Positions 28,593-41,874 of a stretch of DNA of 64,000 bases are shown piece by piece. Where the stretch lies: positions 8,605,904-8,669,903 of the forward strand of contig OZ199838.1 of assembly GCA_964304625.1 (NCBI GenBank). The letters are read 5' to 3'. Under the pieces are notes generated by a model that was not told where the DNA came from, did no database searches, and worked only from the letters and a program-made list of their open reading frames with translations. Position 1 is the stretch's first letter. Each line of letters begins with the position of its first letter. A program made the translations under genes and the position numbers. The DNA is from Kudoa neothunni (lineage: Eukaryota > Animalia > Cnidaria).

Positions 28593-30288
28593 CAGTCGAA
28601 AACGGGTCGTTCGTAACTTTTGGTAAGTGCGAGCGCTTTATTATTTAAAAATACATAAAATAGAATAGGCCAATAAGCAGTAAAATTAATTTTTTCGAAA
28701 ATATTTTGTAATTTTTGTATTTTTAATATTTTATATAATAATTGAGTGCATCTCATCTTCGATATCTGTAATATATTTGCATTTATTTGTACCATGCTCG
28801 ATAAGGTATTCCTTAAGTTCGGCCAAGTAATACAGAGCAGTTTTAAAATTTATTATTTTTACTTTTTCATTTTCTAATTCATCAATATCCACAACGTTTA
28901 CTATCTTTTCATCATTAATCATTTCATTTATTTCATCCGCAAATTTGGTTTCTAAATTTTCAGGAGCAACAGAAATATTTTTGCGGTTAAATCCCGTCTT
29001 AGTAAAACAATTAACAATAGTTTTTTCTGTCACCGAATCTCAAGCATTTTTAATCAAAAAAAGGGCATCCAAAATATTAGGAGGTACAGGTTCTATCTGT
29101 GCCCCGACAGAAGCAATGTAGCGTTTTATCATTAGTGCTTTGTAGTGACATTTGAACGAGTATATAATGCCCTGATCCATGGGCTGGATAACGCTAGTAG
29201 TGTTTTTGGGGAGAAAAATTAGTTTAATATTAGAATATTCTAATTTGATTTGGCATTGTCCAAAAACAACAAAACATTTCTATCTCTTGTTTTAAAATAG
29301 TCATTTAGATTTGACATATAATTTCAAAATATTGAGTTATTCGTCCAAGCTCGTCTTTTGTGTTTGTATGTTAATGGTAGGTGATTCACACCTTTAAAGC
29401 ATCGGGGCTTTCCATACTGACCAATCACGAGCGGCGGTAGTTTTTCACCTGTCATGGAAGCGCCCAGGAGTATTGTGATGCTTTTTTTGAACGTTTCGTC
29501 CCCTTCACAATTCTTTCTTTCGAACTAACATAGCTGTTTCTTATCATTTTACTATGAAAATATAAATTTTGGCCATTTATTTACCTCGTTGTTACCGGAA
29601 GAATACGGCAGTTTCATCAATGTTGGACACATTTTTTAGAATATTATCTAATTCTGGAAGCCGCGAAAACATCCAAAAGTTGCCTAAGCCTCTATGTTTT
29701 CTTCCTCACAAATGCTGTTTCTAGCGTTTATTATTTCTATGGAAGAAAGTTCAATATTTTTTGACCGAGCATAGAGAATCCAATCGTAGACTCTTTGATC
29801 TATGTCCGGACTTTTTTCTTGTTTTAAGCAACGCCTACTTTTTGAAACCAGATCACTCTCAAAGACGCTAATTATATCATCCTTTTTAGTTAATATAAAA
29901 TCAAGTGTAGATATAGACGATACATTATAATGTTTAATAGCCATTGATTTTGCCCCCGCTCTGGGCTGACTTTCAAACTACTAGATTATTCTGTATTTAT
30001 CGGCAATAGTTCTAATATTTTTCTTCTTCTTCATTTGCAAGGTAATACAAAAAATCTAGGCGTGGGTTCATCCGAAAAGCTACGAACCACACGTCAATTT
30101 ACAAAAATAACGCAAAATCACGAAAATTTAATTTGTAAAAAATTATTATTATTTTAAATTAATGAGTATATTCCGATGTATATTTTAAGTTAAGATTTTA
30201 TCGTTCAATTCTTTTATAACCGCCAATTTTTACATATTTTTTTAAAGTTACGCACCACACGTCACTACGAACCAACCGTCATCAACTG
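28593..30288 (-). mobile_element. pogo/Tigger element, degenerate transposase
   Basis: ta|cagtcgaaaacgggtcgttcgta ... tacgaaccaaccgtcatcaactg TIRs. Fragments: CENP-B HTH (IDQRVYDW..AR), NIDETAVF, LPKNTTSVIQPMDQGII, TIVNCFTKTGF. Confidence 0.88.
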
Positions 30289-30699
30289 CACTATTAAAAA
30301 TACATTTTCCATTTTTATCATCATTATCGTCATAGATTAAAGGTTGCAAGAGCGAATAAAGCTTTACTGGGAACCTGTCAGACTCATATTATGATTGGAG
30401 TGAGCTCCCATGGGAAAACACTTGAAGTAAAATATGTATACCTAGAACATAACTACAAAACAAATCAGGTAAACTTCAAGTGTTTATTGCCACAACGTAA
30501 ATCAGACCGCAAGATAAATTAATATCAGAATTAATTTCTATGCTTGTTAACAAAAAATACTGCAATCTGGAATACAAGAAGAAACCGATAAAATAGTTAC
30601 ACTCAAGTCCATACACAATACGAACAATTTATCCTCCCAACGAAATAAAATGAACTATACTTATAAAATTTTAGCCATGGATTACAACCATGATGTGAA

Positions 30700-31330
30700 A
30701 ATTCTGACTCGGGACGCGAATCAACTTTGTACAATAATATTTATAGATGATGAGATGAAAAAGATTTTCTCTTCTTTCTGGAACTACTATGTGTTTATAC
30801 AGCCTATAAATTATTAGATCTATGTAAAAAACTCAATATTCGTAATTTATTCATTTTTTGGACTCTCAATTATATTAAACTTTTTTCGGTGTTCCCCAAT
30901 ACCTAACGGTTAATGATTTTCCATAGAAGGAGTTATATAAGTAGTGCCTGTATTATTTACAATGAAAAAAGTTGTTTTTAACTGGTGTATTTATGAATTT
31001 ATATTTATTTTGTCATTTATAAGGGAGGAGATACTTTCTGTAATCACTGATAAAGATTTGAAACTCCGGAAAATCTTCAAGCAATTTTTTCCTTAGTGCT
31101 GAGTCAATTATTTGTAAATTTCACGTTTGGAAAATTTTTCGGTGGCAATTATTATCTTATAAATATAACACTACACGTGAATTTAAAAGGTTTGATGCCG
31201 AAAACTCTTCAAAAAATCATCTTCCTTAGAAACTATCATGATTATCAGAAAATGTGTGCTGAGCTCGACAGATAAACGTTGAGGATTTTAACTTATATTT
31301 TAAAAAGGATTGGAACCCGATTATATCACA
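30700..31330 (+). mobile_element. Mutator/MULE transposase remnant
   Basis: VITDKDLKLRKIFKQFFP/SAESIICKFHVWK (frameshifted) matches the MULE ...D.D...FP....C.FH motif. Confidence 0.6.
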
Positions 31331-33679
31331 GTGTATTAATTTATTAGGCAACATAATTCAACCAAATCTCATAAAATATTCAGATTTCAGTTTTAATGTG
31401 TCATCGTACATTTTATATAGATCTAACACATCCTAAAAAGCTAAAAGCAGTATGAAAACTAAGTGGTTTTAGTGTGACAGCAATTGGGAAGAAAAGAAAC
31501 AAAATAATGAACTACATAATTAAATTATAAATGGATGAGTTATAATAAAGTATATTCGTGATGTGTCAATCATTCTTGCATAATTTTTTTTATTTAGTGT
31601 AAAATTTTAAGATTCTCGAAATTAAATCAATGATTATATCACTCCTATTTATGAGTTGCGAATTCGATGTTGTGTTTAAGATACTCATTAGTTATCTTTT
31701 CACAATTTTAAATAATATAATGTTATAATCTAATATTTAATAATATTTAAGTAACTGTTACAACAAGTGTGAAAAATACGCGGTTATATGTTGCATAGGC
31801 CAAAAATGTGGTGAATGAATTTTCATATGAAAATTAGAATTTTATAATAAAAAAGGTCTCATTACTAATACGTAAACAGAACTATTTAATATTGTGTGGT
31901 GTAATAGCGCGAAGGTAGACATTATATTAAATGTATATGATAATCCTAATCACACGAAAAGGGTCGTTTAAACTATCCGTCTTAAGCGGATTCCCGCGGC
32001 CGTGATGGAGGTCGCAGTCTCACTTATTACATGTGGTTATGGAAAAATTCGTTGTATACTTTTTTAATTAATGAGAATCATAGATTCCATAATTTTGAAA
32101 AATTGTATCTGCTCAACAAATATAATAAATTAATTTAGTGTTAAACAGGCTTTTCTAAAGATTTAAAATATTTTTTTAATTTAATCATGTGTTCAAATAA
32201 ATTAGGAAATCTCTCAATTTAACTATCAAATTGCAGAAATACATAAATTTATATCTCATTATAACTTTAACATTATATATTGAACTTTTTATGAGGTCAT
32301 AACCACCCCTAGAATCTAGATCTATATGTGAACAAAATGTCCACCAAGATGGTTTCTTAAAAAATATCGCCATTATTCTTGTTTAGAATACTAATATTTA
32401 TATAATAGTGGTTCATTTTTAATTAATGTATGTAAATTAAATTTTGTACTAATTTTGAAAGTTTAAGATTTTAGATTCGAATTAAAACAAGAGTTCTGCT
32501 CATGCCTACAGGTGGTGGCAGACTCTCCTTGTAATTATTTTTATATTGTTCTTATGCAAATATTTCCATGGTAGAATCTTGTTTTTATTATTTTAAATGA
32601 CTTACTATTATAAAATATTAAAGATACATCATTTATAAAAACTTATTTATGTCAAAGCTTTTCCGATTTTCAAAATAAGGTTAATGTAAAAGATATTTGA
32701 AAAATGTATCTAAAAACAATAAAAAACATTTTAACTCAAGCATGCGCCCACACAAGGTGAATTTATTACCAACGCCTCTTAATAGGATTTTTGTAAAACA
32801 ATTCACTAAGAAAAATATAAGTAAATATATATTTTAATCACTATTAAATATTGTAAGGCTTTTATTTGAAACATTGTGTTTTTATACTCTTTTCTCCTTT
32901 TACCATATAAATTTTTCTTAATTATATTGGACATTGAACATTTTGATTTTATATCGAATTTTTATTAACTAATAAGGTCTTATTAATCTAGTAGAGTGTT
33001 TCCCTACAGGTGGTGTCCGCATCCCCTAAGGGAGCGAGAGTCATTCTAGAGTAAATTTAAAAATTAATCTTGATTTGTTCATTTCGTAGTTTTTGTTAGT
33101 GTTGAAAATTTTCACCATTTCAAACTTCAAACCACGTGAGTTACCAATCACGTTGCAGTTAGGTTGTATTTCTTGTTTCTGAATTGAAACTTTTACTTAA
33201 ATATATTATTCCGCGATATAATAAATTGGTTCTAGTAATTCCATAATTTACATAGCATTGTTCTTAAGGTTTGAGCATTTAATTGGTTGAATAATTTTCA
33301 CCATTTCTCTTTTTACTACTCATTTATCTTTTTTGAATTAATTAACTTTATTATTAATATGAAGTAGCTTTAAATTTGAAATATAAATCATATTATTCTC
33401 GTTATTATTATAATAATTCTAAGTTGAAATCGCATTATAATTTATTGGTTTTGTATTTAAACAACATTTAAGTATTGCTAATTTGCAATAACCATGTTTT
33501 AGTTCTTAAAATTAACGATTTATGATTGGTGATTAGAGTCTTTGAGGATTTTTACATCAATATTGTTGACATGTAACCCTGAAAAAATTCCTCAAACTAA
33601 AATAGCCGTGAAAATATTGTTTGAAACATAAACGAATGCGCCAGCTACAGAATATCAGGCGACTTCTCGCTTTAGAGCG

Positions 33680-34217
33680 AACCTACTTGGCGCGTGCGCA
33701 CAAGGATACCACCAATTCTGATATGGAGGGAAACATATGGATCGTTTGTGGTATAGACTCATATGGTAATATATTTCAAGTGCTAACTATTGTAAACGCA
33801 AGAGAGAGACACCACAAAGCAACAATAACAACAACAATAATAATAATTGCGCCCCCTAGCTAATGGTTTGTTAATCTCCTGTATTAATCTACCAACATAA
33901 CACTAATCATCATTCGAAATTAACCTACACTTGAACATATAATAATCCAAAATGTTCATCCTAGGTCAATACTTTGGACAGATTGCTGGACAGGTTACAA
34001 CAACTTGGGTGCTGTTTACTATAGTCATGACACAGTAAATTACTCGGTTGAATTTAAGACACAGGAAAGTGTGCATACCAACCGTATCGAAGCAATTTGG
34101 GGTGCAATAAAAAGAAAATACCGACATATAACTCATAAAAAGTCGGAATTAACTGGTTCCTATCTCTCAGAGTATCATATTAAGAAAAAAATCCCTAAAA
34201 CTACATTTTCGATGTAA
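33680..34217 (+). mobile_element. Merlin/ISXO2 transposase fragment
   Basis: IWIVCGIDS...TLEHIIIQNVHPRSILWTDCWTGYNNL...HDTVNYSVEF...VHTNRIEAIWGAIKR, the DDE core of IS1595-family/Merlin transposases. Confidence 0.85.
33791..33902. mobile_element. 112-bp TG...CA solo-LTR-like insert within the Merlin ORF
   Basis: tgtaaac...ataaca with flanks ctat/ctaa. It interrupts the Merlin coding sequence between ...QVLT and ...IRN. Confidence 0.45.
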
Positions 34218-34309
34218 ATAAAAACAATTAATGAAATATATTAAAATAAAAATAAGTTTATCTTTTAAATGTTTTTTTCCCCGAACATACCCGGTGAATT
34301 CCACTGAAT

Positions 34310-34535
34310 TGTAAATTAGTCTAGTTGAATTCAATAGTTTAAAGTTCAACGTAACTACACTTTCAGTTCACTATTTTATTAGCAATCGAACAATCCCATT
34401 GTATTTTTGAAGTTAATTTTGTATTTTTTAAAGTATACTAAAAGACTCATTTATTAGAAAAAGTCCCCGTATAAGGAGAAGATTTGTGCATACACACACA
34501 GTCAGACACGCACACTACTACTTTATATATTAGGA
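34310..34535 (-). mobile_element. Helitron-like 5' end fragment
   Basis: Closely similar to 55450-55715 (tagtttaaagttcaacgtaac...gtccccgtat..ggagaagatttgt...cactactact...). Confidence 0.6.
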
Positions 34536-34622
34536 TTTATTTTTTGCGTCGAATACTTTGGAATAATTTTAATAACATAATTTAGTATAATTATTTATTA
34601 CTTTACATAAGAATGGTATATA

Positions 34623-35382
34623 CAGTAAGAAATCAATTTCACGCATTTTGCGTGCGCAAGTACATCGGAAAAAATTGACATTTAATAATGATTAAATTAC
34701 GTTTATAAAGGCTAATTAACTATATATTAATTTTTGAACGATAATTAAAACTCAATAAATGCATTGACAGTACAAAAATACTTTTCAGCGATCTGTGAAA
34801 TATTCTTCTTAATGCTATCGGTAGAATAAGGCAGCTTCGTCTACATTGTAAATATAATTTTCAGAGTATCTTTTAAAAATGTTCTGATTTAATTGGTCTA
34901 TTACGAAGTAGTTTCAGATGTAGAAACAGTAGATTAGCTAATAAAATTTGATTTTTTAGTGTTGGATTTTTTTTTAAAAGAGCGAAACCTACCACGAATT
35001 CTACACGACGGTAAACCTTTTTCTTTGACCAATTGATTTCTCTTGATAATTATCGTGTCCACCCATATACATTTTCATCAACAGAATTAATTTGTCTTGC
35101 ATGCAAATGATTTCTATTTTTAGATTCTACAACCATTTATAGGTTTTGATTATTTTAGTTTTTATCTCTAGGATGCCATTAGGAGTTGGGATAATAGATA
35201 TTTTAAAATGTGATACAGTGACAATTTTTGGGTCGTTAGATTGAAGACTTTCATAATAATTAGTAATATTATACTCTTCGACAATAGGCATAGTTATAGA
35301 AGTTTATGGCATTAAATATTGATTTAACAAAATAATAAACAAGAAGCACCTGGAAAAAGTGCGTGAAATTGGTTACCTACTG
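34623..35382 (-). mobile_element. Tigger deletion derivative (retains DBD-coding part)
   Basis: ta|cagtaagaaatcaatttcacgca ... gcgtgaaattggttacctactg|ta; inverted sibling of 58294-59129. Confidence 0.88.
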
Positions 35383-35772
35383 TATAAGCAGGAATGAATA
35401 ATAGCTCCAATCATTGTGTATTAAGTCATGAGTAGTGAAAAGATAAAGTTCATCCTTTTTCAATTATACATAACAAATTAATTGAGTTAACCAAAAAATT
35501 TTGGTTTTACTTTATTTTAGAAGTAATTAAGAAAATTCGTATGTTAAAATATAAACTAAAATAATAAAAATTATAATTGAGTCTTGATATTTACATGGAG
35601 GAGGGAGCGCGAAGTGAACGCGGAAGTTAGGATGGAGGTACGGGTGTAAAATTTTTAGGGGAACACTGATCTAGTAGATTTAATCCACAAAATATTTATG
35701 CAAAAATAATAAATTTACATATAACAATTAATAATAATATAAGATTGTTGAGTTCTTCAATTAGAGGTGATA

Positions 35773-37595
35773 ATGGAGTCTACAGTAAGTCACCACAAAA
35801 ATGTGTTATTTATAATGTTAAATTTAATTGTATATAAACTTTGGCAAATTTATAAAACACGCGATGCTAATCTGCTAGGCCAATAGACATTGTCTTTTAC
35901 AAATTACTACCTAACAGATTTCAAAGCGGTTAACAAAATACATTTGTCCCATCAGCATGTTTAGCGGCATATATTGTTGTGAAAAAGCCTTTTTTGACAG
36001 AGCTTAGTAAAAATGGTATACGAAATCAATTAACAGATGATATTTGGAAACTATTTTACGCCTGTCAACTTTGAATATTGATCACGACATTTCTAAATAA
36101 GTCGGTGAGTTGCAACAGCATCTATCATATTAATGCATCGTTAATTCATTATGGTGCAGAATATATGCCTAATTTAAAACATTTGGTAAACTTATGATTA
36201 AAGAATTATTGTTCAGATATTCTTTTGTGTTTCTAAATTCGCAAATTTCTCCGAGATGTAATCTATAACTTTAGTTTTAACCTTTATGGCCCCTAACAAT
36301 TTATGGAGATATAAATTTAGCCCAACACTCAAAAAGCTAGTGCATAACAGGTTTAAGCAGTAGCTTAGGCAAGTAATGAAGTAATGTTGAACGTGCGCGC
36401 ACAACCAACCCAAAATGCATCGCCGTTTTAGCTATTTTGACCCATTCAAGGATTCGATATCGACCAAACAGGCATTCGATAAAATTCTACATAATCTTGG
36501 TAACAGAATGATTCATTAAAAGATTGATTTTTTGAAACTAGGCGGTAAAAAATTTGCTGTGAACAAATTACACTTTCGCCGTAATGAAGAAATAGATCCG
36601 GACACGTAGGTTAAATGTATATCAATGTGAAACTTTGATGGCTATTAGAATCAAGGGGATTGTATTTTGCACTCAATGGATCCCCTCGGAAATGTTTAAA
36701 TTGCCGATAGATAGTGGGACATTTTCTGATGAGCGTTCACTTGACGAAAAGATTTATTTTGCTGCACAGGTGTGTATTATTGAACTGAAACAATTTGATC
36801 GTACTATTATTCGTAGGTTGATCCAAATTCCACTATTCTAACCACATCAATAAATTTTATGATGAATAAATTCGACGGAGAATCTACAAAAGTGTTGTCC
36901 AATAATTCGTTGATTAAAGATATTGGATCAATTACGAACAACATACACCCGAAGGTAGTTGTTGGCCATTAGAATTTATTACTAAATTCGGACAGCTTAA
37001 AGGTTTGTGCATTTATAACTCAAAATTACTTCGCGACTTATACAACGATACAATTGAACAGAGGTAAATATCCTCAAATTTAAATTCTATTCATCAACAT
37101 TTCAGCTTAACTCATGTAAATGGGTCTACTACCAATTGTTTGACTGCCAATCGTTGGTTTCGAATGGGATTATTTATACACAAATATGATTCAATTTATG
37201 AATTAGATGGATTCTACGATGATATTATTAGTCATGGTTAGAATTGTGGCATGGAGTTAGTTTTTGTAATTTTTTTACCTTTAGATTGTAACCCAAAGCA
37301 ATTGTGGTTGAAAAGCTTGTTTAATATATTGGGCGAGAGAATAAAAAGGTAATATTTCAATGATTGCATATTGGTCATTACGTTCCATATAGATGTGAAT
37401 TAGAAGATATTAACTACAACGTTTGGGTTATCGTTGAAAATACGAGCGAGTCTGAAACTAACGCCAATCACCTCTCACCGGCTCTCCTTAAAGCGGTATT
37501 TTATTGCTAAGAAGTGGCTATTTGAATTGAAATGATATATTATTGAGCGCAGCGTTTTATAGACATTAAGATCTACTTTAAACAATGAAAAATAA
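35773..37595 (+). CDS. Multi-exon protein-coding gene of unknown function (~320+ aa)
   Basis: At least 11 short exons join in frame across GT-AG introns from ~36100 to the TAA at 37595 (...YMPNLKHL/IFFCVSKF.../HNSYFDPF.../IKGIVFCTQWIPSEMFKLPID.../NCLTANRWFRMGLF.../INYNVWVIVEN...). ATGGAGTCTACA|gtaagt at 35773 is the likely first exon; 35900-36100 is unresolved. Confidence 0.75.
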
Positions 37596-39280
37596 TTAGA
37601 CATAGATTATAAAAAATCATTCTAGTTTCCTTCACAAATATATGTAGGGGCAGTTTCTACTCAGATGTTTTAGAATTAGGGTGAGCATTATCAGACCCTA
37701 AAATTTGTTACGATATTTTAAATCAAATGATTAAAAGTTTTTTGTCGGATTCATTTTGTCTTATTTCTACAAGCTCAGGGGTTAGCAATGGGAGGTTAAA
37801 ATTTAAGGAATTTGAGATTATTTTGTTAAAATTTGTCCCCTTTATTTCATTTATGTTTTTTTTATTTTCCAGTGATCATTATTTCTAATCATTGTGATGT
37901 TCTATATAATTTTAGTATGGAGGAAGAGATAAATTTAGTTAGCCTTTTCTATAATGAACGAAGAAGAATTAAATTTGTAATTTATTCCAACAAAAAATTA
38001 CAACCCCAGTCGGAAATCATTAGTTATTTTCTTCTATAGGCTTAAACTAATTCACATAATAACTTTAAGATTACTAATTTTGGCTGTTATTCACATTTTT
38101 TAGCCTAATCTGATGGGTTTTATCGATTAACGTGTGTTAATTTGAGGCAATGCTTTGATAAAGTGAACCGTTGTTATTAGATAAACTACAGACAGTGCTC
38201 TTTCGTTTATTAACTCGTTTTTTTTTCGAACAAAAAGTGGAAATCTTATAATTTAAAATGATTGAGCATTTGAGGTAATTAAACACAATCATTACAGATT
38301 TAACTTATTAGCGTAACTCCGTGAATCAATACTGTATGCACTAAACATTTCTAAATAATTAGATACGCATATTTTGATTAAAAAATCTAAATAGGAACAA
38401 AACGAACTAGTTAATATTTGTTTAAATATAATTAATTTTGCTTAGAATATGGGTTAGAAAATTTTCGATGAATTGATTTTAAGATAGTTTATGATCTAAT
38501 TCAAAATTATGATCTGCGTCAGTACTTCTAGCTCAAATGTAGGAGTCTTTTAAGTACACAATTTAGATTTAATTTTATTTCTTTTATCTACGAAAACTTT
38601 GAATGAATCATTGGTGTGAAGTTTTACTGATTTATCTATGATGCGTTTTTGAATTATTTTTATTCACCTTGTACACCCGAGGAAAAAGTTACACGAATAC
38701 ATGGAAGTGGCCACTGTGACCACATGCAAAAATGTATTCAAATAATAAAAATCGTTGCACTTAAGGTTAAGAACATAATTATTTACGCGATTGCGAAGAA
38801 CAGGAATAATTATGTTTAGATATACTTTGAACTGCGTAAAAATTAGAGATAAACTTTTCTATTATTGTTTCATTTTTCACATTTTTTTCTTCATCCTATT
38901 ATATTTTAACGAATAAGGTTTTGCGTTATTCTCAAAATCCATGATTTTATTATGAAATCTCTTCCCCTGTTGACTGAAATATGTCGAATGTATATAGTCT
39001 AGTGATTTTTAGAATTTGGATTTTTAAATTATGATATGGTCAAAATTAAAATTTAAAGTATTATATTTAACTTACCACTTTTTGTTGATGTGTAATTTAA
39101 CAAAATTATTATAATATGTGCGATTCCCATGCCAGATTAAATTAGTTAATAGAATCAAGTTGTTATAGAAACAAAAAAAATGAATTTTAAAAAATGCCTT
39201 GCTTCAAAGTACATTTATAATGTTTCTTATACTTTAGAAAAGCTTTTTTATATACTTGAACTATCTAAACATTATTTATA

Positions 39281-39483
39281 AGGTGGTCACGATGGGCATG
39301 GCATGTTCAGGTATTCGTGTAACTTTTTTGATTTTAAGCGGAAATATTAAAAGTAAAACTCCATTATTTAAATATTTTTAAAAGCACTATTATAATATAA
39401 AATACCTCAAGGGAAAAAAGGAAATAAAATATTTTGCAAAAGTTATTGATATAATAAGCGCTGATTAGCCACGGTGGCCACCT
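39281..39483. mobile_element. Small MITE, possibly Kolobok-type
   Basis: aggtggtcacgatgg ... ccacggtggccacct inverted termini with degenerate TTAA-like flanks. Confidence 0.35.
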
Positions 39484-39760
39484 TCAAGTATTCGAGGGTT
39501 AAATAAACTCTAAAATATTTAAGATAAAATAATTTAGCTTTATGAATTAGGTTATAGAAAAATAGTTTCTAAACAACAATTTTCTTAATTATTTAGGCAA
39601 AAATTTAATGGAAATTCAATAGAGTTTGGATCCATATTAATTTTGATTTTTTTCACAATTCACAGGTATTTCTATTAACCTTTATCATTAAATTTGAAAT
39701 TATCTCATCATTCAATCTATAACGAATTTTTATTGAGTTGGGGAATGCCAGTCTGTATTA

Positions 39761-41195
39761 CAGTAAGGTCTCGATATTGCGTGGTTTTGTCGAAAAAGTC
39801 ATCTATTTTTTAAACTTATTCCTATTTTTAATAATTTTATATATTTCGTCCATTATGGGGTGAATATAGATCTAAGCAGCAGGATTCTCTCGCATAAAAG
39901 CTTCTCTGATAGTATTTATAGCATCTTTTAATTCAGCCAATCTAACTATATTATTTTCATTAAAATCCGGATCTTCATCGCATTTTGAAACAGATGAAAT
40001 ATTTTTATCGACTTGATGTGATGCATCCTCATGTACGGTTTCAGCTTCCTCCAATTCACCTATATCGCCAAAGCCGTCTTGGAATTTGTTTGAAACAAAT
40101 TTACCTAAAATGCATATTTACCAATAATTTTTGTTTCAGACAGGAGTCGACATCTGCATTAGTATCCTCATTAATATTAATTTATTAATTAATCGTACGA
40201 TTTCTAAATATCTGAGATTTCTTTAAACAGTTTTCAATAGTTTTTCTTTCTATCATTTCCCATGCTTCCTTCAACTTATGGAGACAATCCAAAATCGTAT
40301 ATTTGAAGGGTGTTGAAGTATCCTCGTCGGATAGAAACTGTCTGGCCAACGATTTGTGGTAGTTGGCCTTCAGGCTATGAATGTTGCCGAGATCCATTGG
40401 CTGGAGGACACTGGTGGTGTTTTTAGGGAAGAACAACGACTAAATGTTATTCATGAGTCTTGTTAAATTGGGATGAGAGGGGTATTGACCAAGAATGATA
40501 AGGACTTTTCCATTATGTTGGCCGAATTTGTTGTCCGAATCTTTAAGGATTTCTAAGAATGAAACCACGGACATCCAACCGTTTTTGTGGCTGATAGTTT
40601 TCTAGGATATTTTTAGCCCCATTGAAACAACACGGCTTCTTAAATTGTCCAATCACGTAAAGTGGAAATTTCTCGCTGGTACGTGAAGCAATAACCAATA
40701 TTGTTACCTTTTTTTGATTGTTTGTTCCTTTTATATCAGATTTATGTTTGGTGACATACATTCGCTGAGATAATTGCTCGTAGAAATGGGCGTCTTCGTC
40801 CATATTTATAATACCTTCCCGTTTATATATATCAAGGATATTAGAATTATTATTAATGCATTCGGGGATGGCAGACATCAGCACCTCCAGCCTCTCCGTG
40901 TAATCTGATATTCATCAAACAATACCTTGTCTTGAAATTAGAGAACCAACCTTGACTACTATTAAAATCATTAATTTTAAGATCTTCAGTTATTTTCGCA
41001 TCCTTTTCATAAATAATTAATCCGGGAATACTTTTCTTCTTTCCCCTTTGGAGAACAATCCAGTTGAATAGGAGACTTTCAAGCTCATCGTATTTCCCGT
41101 TTTTATTCTAATAAGGCTATCAGAAATATTCGAATCAACAATTTCGCGTACCTTAGACAACATTCTATCCAACGAAGAATAGCCTATGTTTATTC
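39761..41195 (-). mobile_element. pogo/Tigger element, truncated
   Basis: ta|cagtaaggtctcgata end. Fragments NMDEDAHFY, LYVIGQFKKPCCF, FFPKNTTSVLQPMDLGNIHSLKANY, EAWE...TIENC. Confidence 0.85.
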
Positions 41196-41197
41196 AA

Positions 41198-41800
41198 CCC
41201 TCACACACACGCTAAAAAATTCACGTTCTTCAGCCTAGGGTCATTTTGAGAAAACTCGTACATTTTTTAAACTGCCTTTTATATATAATAAGAGTTCATT
41301 TATTATTATAGAAAACCTACAAAAATTTTTAATCAACACAAAATACGGATTTTGCCAATTATGGCCGTGTATGTGACACGATGGATTCTGAATTCACTGA
41401 TTACGAGCCCAATTTGAAGAAATTAATCTTGAATTTAGTAGTTGCATAATTGAGAACCTCACATCGAGTTACTATTACGGCGATAACTAAATTTATCTTT
41501 CTAACGAAAAAATCTACGCAGAGAACATTTTCAAAGATAAAACCTCCCTTAAAAATGATGCACTGAAAAATTGCGATACTTCACTTTCTGTGTTCTTCAA
41601 TTTTCTGGAGAATGAGATATTAGATTTGATTGTTGAATATATAAATAAATACATAAAGAATGAGTTACAATAGCAAAGTCCAATTACAAACGACGACTGA
41701 ATGAAGTATATTGGTTTTTATTCGCTTATAAGAATAATGAAGAGGAAAAATTATGGGTTGGTTACATGCTTTATTTTTCATTATTCAATGATTATTTTAT
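41198..41800 (+). mobile_element. piggyBac 5' remnant
   Basis: tcaa|ccctc...gggtcattttga start; peptide FFNFLENEILDLIVEYINKY resembles the piggyBac transposase N-terminal region. Confidence 0.45.
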
Positions 41801-41874
41801 ATTTTTAAAAAAGACTCAACTATATATAAGCTATTCTAGTGAATAAAATGTGAAAACATTAGTTTAAAACAGTA

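Larger units (their letters stand above)
32994..35668. mobile_element. hAT non-autonomous element containing nested insertions
   Basis: gagtgtttccc / gggaacactg termini with a perfect 8-bp TSD atctagta (32986-32993 and 35669-35676). Confidence 0.8.

Noticed and set aside
31955-32100. U11 snRNA-like 5' end (aaaagggtc)
   Set aside because: No convincing Sm site or U11 structure downstream.
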